From Mayamaea pseudoterrestris (taxonomy: Eukaryota): a stretch of 64,000 bases of DNA. Both the position numbers and the translations under genes were made by a program. Within the stretch, counting starts at the first letter, position 1; each line of letters begins with the position of its first letter. The notes beneath the pieces are model-generated. The model was given only the letters and a program-made list of their open reading frames with translations. It ran no database searches and was not told the origin of the DNA. Of this stretch, positions 57,601-64,000 are shown piece after piece. The DNA is taken from positions 682,001 through 746,000 of the forward strand of contig BROI01000003.1 in assembly GCA_027923505.1 (NCBI GenBank). Reading direction: 5' to 3'.

Positions 57601-59088
57601 AATTTGCAGGTTGGCTTGTGGCTGACTAGTTGGTACAGTACATTTGCGGGCGGACTAAGTGGCACCATTTGGCTTGCGGCTGACTAATTGGTACAGTATG
57701 TGTGCGTGTGGACTAAGTGGTACCATTAGTTTGCAGGTTGGCTTGCGGCTGACTAGTTGGTACAGTACGCAGTTTGTGGGCGGACTAAGTGGTACCATTA
57801 GTTTGCAGGTTGGCTTGCGGCTGACTAAATGGTACAGTACGCAGTTTGCGGGCGGACTAAGTGGTACCATTAGTTTGCAGGTTGGCTTGCGGCTGACAAA
57901 TTGGTACAGTATGTTTGTGGGCGGACTAAGTGGTATCATTAGTTTGCAGGTTGGCTTGCGGCTGACTAGTTGGTACAGTATGTTTGCGGGTGGACTAAGT
58001 GGTACCATTAGTTTGCAGGTTGGCTTGCGGCTGACTAATTGGCACCATATGTTTGCGGGTGGACTAAGTGGTACCATTAGTTTGCAGGTTGGCTTGCGGC
58101 TGACTAATTGGTACCATACGTTTGCGGGCGGACTAAGTGGTACCATTAGTTTGCAGGTTGGCTTGCGGCTGACTAATTGGTACAGTACGTTTGCTGGTGG
58201 ACTAAGTGGTACCATTAGTTTGCAGGTTGGCTTGTGGCTGACTAATTGGTACAGTACGTTTGCGGGCGGACTAAGTGGTACCATTAGTTTGCAGGTTGGC
58301 TTGCAGCTGACTAGTTGGTACAGTATGTTTGCGGGCGGACTAAGTGGTACCATTAGTTTGCAGGTTGGCTTGCGGCTGACTAATTGGCACCATATGTTTG
58401 CGGGTGGACTAAGTGGTACCATTAGTTTGCAGGTTGGCTTGCGGCTGACTAATTGGTACCATACGTTTGCGGGCGGACTAAGTGGTACCATTAGTTTGCA
58501 GGTTGGCTTGCGGCTGACTAATTGGTACAGTACGTTTGCGGGTGGACTAAGTGGTACCATTAGTTTGCAGGTTGGCTTGTGGCTGACTAATTGGTACAGT
58601 ACGTTTGCGGGCGGACTAAGTGGTACCATTAGTTTGCAGGTTGGCTTGCGGCTGACTAATTGGTACAGTACGTTTGCGGGCAGACTAAGTGGCACCATTT
58701 GGCTTGCGGCTGACTAATTGGTACAGTATGTGTGTGTGTGGACTAAGTGGTACCATTAGTTTGCAGATTGGCTTGCGGCTGACTAGTTGGTACAGTACGC
58801 AGTTTGCGGGCGGACTAAGTGGTACCATTAGTTTGCAGGTTGGCTTGTGGCTGACTAAATGGTACAGTACGCAGTTTGCGGGTGGACTAAGTGGTACCAT
58901 TATGTTGCAGGTTGGCTTGCGGCTGACTAATTGGCACCATACGTTTGCGGGTGGACTAAGTGGTACCATTATTTGCAGGTTGGCTTGCGGCTGATTAATT
59001 GGTACCATACGTTTGCGGGCGGACTAAGTGGTACCATTAGTTTGCAGGTTGGCTTGCGGCTGACTATTTGGTACAGTACGTTTGCTGG
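57601..59088. repeat. 69-bp tandem satellite array (about 21 units)
   Basis: Consensus TAGTTTGCAGGTTGGCTTGCGGCTGACTAATTGGTACAGTACGTTTGCGGGCGGACTAAGTGGTACCAT. Both strand ORFs show 23-aa periodicity. Confidence 0.97.
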
Positions 59089-59411
59089 TGTTGCAGGATG
59101 CGAACGAAAACAGCGAAAATCGGGCAAGTCACACCGAATGTCCGATAGGGTGACACAGCGGCACTCGCGGCTCACCACAGCCTCACGATCGCGTGATGCG
59201 TGGCAGCGACGGCTTCGAAGCGATTCAACAAGTATATTGCTGAAACTAGTGCGATATAGAGTAGAAACAAGCAGACTTACTAAGCTTGAAGAGTTAAGAA
59301 AGCGATTTATTCGTCTCTCGTATTGTAGCAACTGCAAGCTTGGATTGGCCATCCAAGGACAGCTACAAGCGAAAGGTGCAACGATTTGATTTACAAGTTA
59401 CAAGATTAACA
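59089..59411 (+). repeat. Putative 5' LTR (TGTT...AACA, 323 bp)
   Basis: Starts TGTTG exactly where the satellite stops and ends TTAACA about 140 bp before the gag ATG. The second LTR is outside the window, so the boundaries are unconfirmed. Confidence 0.6.
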
Positions 59412-62400
59412 CTGTCTTGAGACTCATTGCCTCGGCATAGAGACTTTATCGACGAAGAGTACTATTGATTTACGAAGTAACGTGGACGCACGTTGGTTCT
59501 TGGCCCGGAAAGTTCCGCAGGTGATAGCAAGAACATTGTCACGACGACAACGATGGCGGAAACTCGCGCGCAGAAAGACGCGGCGTTTGCGCATGTTTAC
59601 GAAGAGAACGTAGGCGTTTTCCAAGATCCTCAGTTCAAGGAGTTATTCGACGAACTCGGAGTAGAATCGCTTACGCAACTGATCGAGATGGAGTACGACG
59701 ATTTCGCGACGAAGTGGAACGTCACGACGACGACAACGACGACGACTGACGATGGCGACAATGTCACGCAGGAAACGAGCGAACACTCGCTAACGAAGAT
59801 GAAACAACGCACGATCACGAACGCGATCGAATGGTATTTGGCGCAAGAGTCGCCGGACATCAAGACATGGTCGCAACTGACCACCGAAACGCTGGCGACG
59901 TTCGTCACAGCACGAGCGAAGGAACGAGTCCAAGCGCGCAACATTGCGAGCGTGGGCAGCGGAAGCGGAGCGAAACCTCCAGCGAAGGAAAGCGAAACGG
60001 AATCCAAGAAGGACGAATCCAAGGACTCCACGCTAACGAACGAAGGCAACGAGTCGAAGCCCGACTCGGCCGACAAGGTGCCACCGACGAGTGTGGACGT
60101 GGACACGAAGCAGTCACCGACATCCGTACTGGACCTCGGCGACGACGAAGACGACGAGAAGTATTCAGACCAATTTACGAAGTCTATCAAGTTCTCGGCG
60201 AGGGATTGTAAAGAAATGAAGCTGGATTCCTCGTGGAAACAGTGGATTTCCGAGTTGAAAGTCATCGCTACATTGCACGACTTCCACGAAGTCTTTGACG
60301 ACGATTATGACCCGAAGGAAAAGGGACCGAAAGAACAGAAGGCGTATGCAAAGAAGAATGTGTTTGTATACAGGATCTTTCTCACGCACTGTCGAACTCC
60401 GTCTGCATCACTCGCAGTACAGCAGTTCAAGAAGACGATGGACGGACGCGAAGTCTACCAACGATTGCGAACGCGATACGAAGAAGGCGCTACTGCTCAC
60501 ATCGAGAAGGAACGCGCGCGAACGGAACTGCAGGGAATGCGGCTGACCGAGAAGTGGTCACGGCCGACGATCGAATTTCTCGCACTGTTCTACAAGAAAG
60601 TCATCTGGCTGCTCGAAATGGACGCAGAAGCTCTGACAGGTTTACAACGATACGACATGCTACGCGACGCTTTCTCCGAGCACACAGGATTCAGCGCATC
60701 ACTAGCAGGTTTTGACGGAATGATTGCCATCAAGAAACACATGGGGCAACACGACTCGGAAGACAATTTCGCGCAGTTGTACGCGCACTTAGAAGAGTGC
60801 TGCATCAAGTATGACAAGAAACACCCATCGACGACGAAGACTAAGCGCACAATCAATCAAGCGCAGTCTAGTGGAACGAAAGGAGGCGGCGGCGGCAATG
60901 GCGGCGCGACTCCAAGCGGCTTATCGGCGGAACGATTTGCAGCGATCATGAAGAAACCTCACGCGAGCGTGAAGGATGAAGTCTGGTTGGAGATGAAGTT
61001 TGATCAGCGAAAGCAGTTGAAGGACAAGCGTGCGACGGCGCCCAAGACACCCGAAAACGGATGGCGACCGCGCAACCAACGAGGCACGGCTACGACGCAG
61101 ACGCAAGTCAACGCGGCGCATCAAGAGCGTCACGCGACGGAATCTGTAGCGAACGATCACGCAAGCGTTCCTGGCACGATTAATATTCAGCCCGGCAATA
61201 GTGGAATGTCAGTCCAAACGGCTGCACGATCGGTTCTGCAAGCGAACAATGCGAGTACTACAACTCAGCAAGTGACAGGATCGTTGACGACTGATAACAC
61301 CGGACGAGGTACATTCAGCTTCAACATGCATCGTCGTATGCGCGTCAATCGCGCACACTACGAGCGGATCAACGAAGGCGCGCTCATCGACAGCGGCGCG
61401 AACGGAGGCTTATGCGGAGGAGACATGCTCGTCGTTTCGGAAACGAACGCCGAGGTGGATGTGACTGGTATTGACGATCATATTGTCCCAGCTCTCAAGA
61501 TTGGCACTGCAGCTGGACTGGCAAAGACCCTTAGTGGCGAAACCATTCTGCTTCTGTGTCACCAGTATGCTTTAAAGCGAGACGGACCGACGATTCATTG
61601 CCCGAATCAATTGCGCGCAATGGGACATCGCGTCGACGATATTCCGACCATGTTTGGCGGAACGCAACGAATTACGACGAACATTGGAGGCTACGTTTTG
61701 CCATTGGCAATTCGCGATGGCCTGGTGTACTTGGACGTGACGAAACCCACGTTCGATGATTTGGATAAGTATCCGACTGTCATCATGACGTCGGACGTGC
61801 CGTGGGACCCGACTGTTTACGATGTCGAGCACGCGCACGACGATTTCGACGAACGAGATCACGATTATGGATCTTTCGACGAACGATTCGATGATGACGG
61901 TATCACGCACCGCAATCGTCACACGCCGACACGCACTGGCGACGAACTTGACGTACTGATCAATCGGTGCGTGCGACACGCTCAGTTTTCACGCGTTAAT
62001 TTGCGGAAGCTAAGAAGCAAGGAACCGGACTATAATGCTCTTCGGCCGTACCTCGGATGGGTCCCGACTGAGCGCGTTCAACAGACTTTACGTCACACGG
62101 AAGCATGGTATCATCTCAGCGCACACCCGCGATTACCATTTCGACACCTCACGAAATCACGATTTCCGGCCGCGAACGTTCAGCGGTTGCGCGAACTATT
62201 CGCCACGGACACGATACACTCTGACACGCCAGCTTTGGATGATGGAATTCTAGGGCATGGGGGAGCTACTAAGATGCAGCTCTTTGTTGGACGAGAAAGT
62301 TTTTACACGCGCGGCTACCCGATGAAGTCGGAGAGCGAAATGTCAAACGCGTTAGAGGATTTTATCCGCGAAGTGGGCGCTCCTAACGGACTGCTCAGCG

Positions 62401-64000
62401 ACAATGCCAAGTCGGAGACTGGCAAGGCTGTGAGGATCTCTGTCGGATGTACAATATTCCTCAAGTGACCACAGAACCGGGTCATCAGAACAAAATCCAT
62501 GCGAACGTCACACGTCGCACATTAAGCCACTGATGGAGAACCTCCAACGAGATTCGGGTTCGCCAGGCCATTGCTGGGTTTTGCTGATTAAATTCGTAAT
62601 CATGATACTGAACGTCCTCGCGACGAAATCGCTGGGATGGCGCACGCCAACGGAAGTTGCGTTCGGAAATCTGCCGGATATTTCGCCTTTGTTACATTTC
62701 AAGTGGTGGGAACCGGTCACGTTTGAGGCGCAGGGGAGTTTTCCCTCGGCGGTACGATCTGGCAACGGCCGATTCGTGGGCATCGCAGAGAATAGCGGTC
62801 CGCACATGACTTTTCTCGTTCTGACGGACGACACGCTTCAGGCGATTCCGCGCTCCAACGTGGTCTCGCGCAGCTACTTGTTACCACGAGAGTTGCCTTC
62901 CTTCCCTGAGTCTGGAGGAGATTTCTGAAGAAGCTACACGCGCAAGCGAGCGAAATTTTGAAACTCCAGATCTCGCGACAGGACGCTACCATAGCACGCA
63001 TGTGACAGAAAGTAGTCACGACAACTACGAAGGAAACGACGACGAAACAATTCCGATGGCGAACCACGCCAACGTACCAGCGAAGTTCTTCAGAAGGGCT
63101 GAGCAAGAATCAGGGAATAAATGCCCTCTGTTCTCTCCAAGCGAACTCATCGGACGCACGTTCGTAAGGGAACACGAAAACGGTCAGAAAATGCGAGCGA
63201 CTGTATGCGAATATATCGAAGTACGCGATAACGAGCTACTCGAAACGACGAAAGGTTTCCTAATCCAAATGGGAGAGGAGCCAGCGAAAGACTTAATAAG
63301 TTACAACGAACTGTCGGATTTAATCGAACGACAGATGGACGAAGATATACGAAACGATCCGGCGACTCAGTGGGTATTCACGAAGGTAATCGGACACGAG
63401 CTTAATTTGAAACCGAACGATCCGACATACAAAGGAAGTTCAAGTAACGTTCTCGTCGAATGGACTGACGGAACGACGACGTGGGAGCCTCTCGCGATCA
63501 TGAAGAAGGACGATCCGATAACGATCGCAGAGTATGGACTCAAGCACGGCTTACTCGACAAGCCAGGATGGAAGCAGCTGGAGCATTACACTCGGAAGCG
63601 AAAGAAGTTTCGACAGATGGTAACAGCGGCGAAACGAAAATCGAAAGCAAACGGCGTACGCTACAAATTCGGCGTAAGGTTGCCGCGCAATTATAAAGAT
63701 GCGAAAGCTCTCGACGAGATCAACGGCAACACGCTGTGGACGGATGCGATTCGAACGGAATTAAATCAGATAAATGATTACGACACGTTCGCAGATCAAG
63801 GAGTCGGTAAGGTTATGCCGGCGCCGTGGAAACGAATAAACGTGCACATGATATTCGATGTCAAGCACGATTTGCGACGGAAAGCACGACTCGTCGCAGG
63901 AGGACATATGACAGAGCCGCCGAAGGATTCAGTTTACTCGGGCGTTGTGTCATTGCGAAGTCTACGAATGGTAGCGATGTTAGCGGAACTCAACGGTCTG
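59089..64000 (+). mobile_element. Ty1/copia LTR retrotransposon, diatom CoDi-like, 3'-truncated by the window
   Basis: Domain order is gag (ATG 59553), protease (ALIDSGANGG), integrase (ATDT, SDNAKSE, EPGHQN..PCER), then RT (WTDAIRTE, IFDVKHDLRRKARLVAGGH, YSGVVSLRSLR). Frameshifts at about 62430-63130. Confidence 0.95.

Noticed and set aside
57655..59008. 347- and 352-aa ORFs on both strands of the satellite as real proteins
   Set aside because: A 69-bp unit that is stop-free in one frame gives long ORFs automatically. The short variant units break the frame, and the variation follows CpG decay rather than codon constraint.
57601..59088. CRISPR-like array
   Set aside because: Units are contiguous near-identical repeats with no unique spacers, no cas genes are present, and the context is eukaryotic.

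Overview
Eukaryotic nuclear DNA, most likely a pennate diatom. This is inferred from the compact gene spacing, short GT-AG introns, bipartite signal-peptide+F plastid presequences, nuclear chlP and a CoDi-type Ty1/copia element. Bases 1-57,100 are gene-dense, with about 30 genes. These include AIM24, DGAT2, YbeY, a kinase, fasciclin, Fpg/Nei, pirin, NEMF/Rqc2, chlP, FIG4, mL40, SWEET, a SET-domain protein, two DUF4239-like proteins, D27, SPPL, IPP-2, MsrA, eIF6, a K2P channel and several orphans. The structural highlights are: (1) a 1.94-kb non-autonomous TIR element with a TA duplication that splits a short tandem repeat in the mL40/SWEET divergent promoter and carries a decayed Ty3/gypsy RNase H fragment; (2) an apparently perfect 848-bp tandem duplication of eIF6; (3) a 1.5-kb 69-bp satellite with higher-order structure and CpG decay, directly abutted by a CpG-rich, chromodomain-like-bearing copia element that runs off the window; (4) a silaffin-like pentalysine-cluster protein at the left edge. 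All family calls come from motif recognition by eye; no database search was run.
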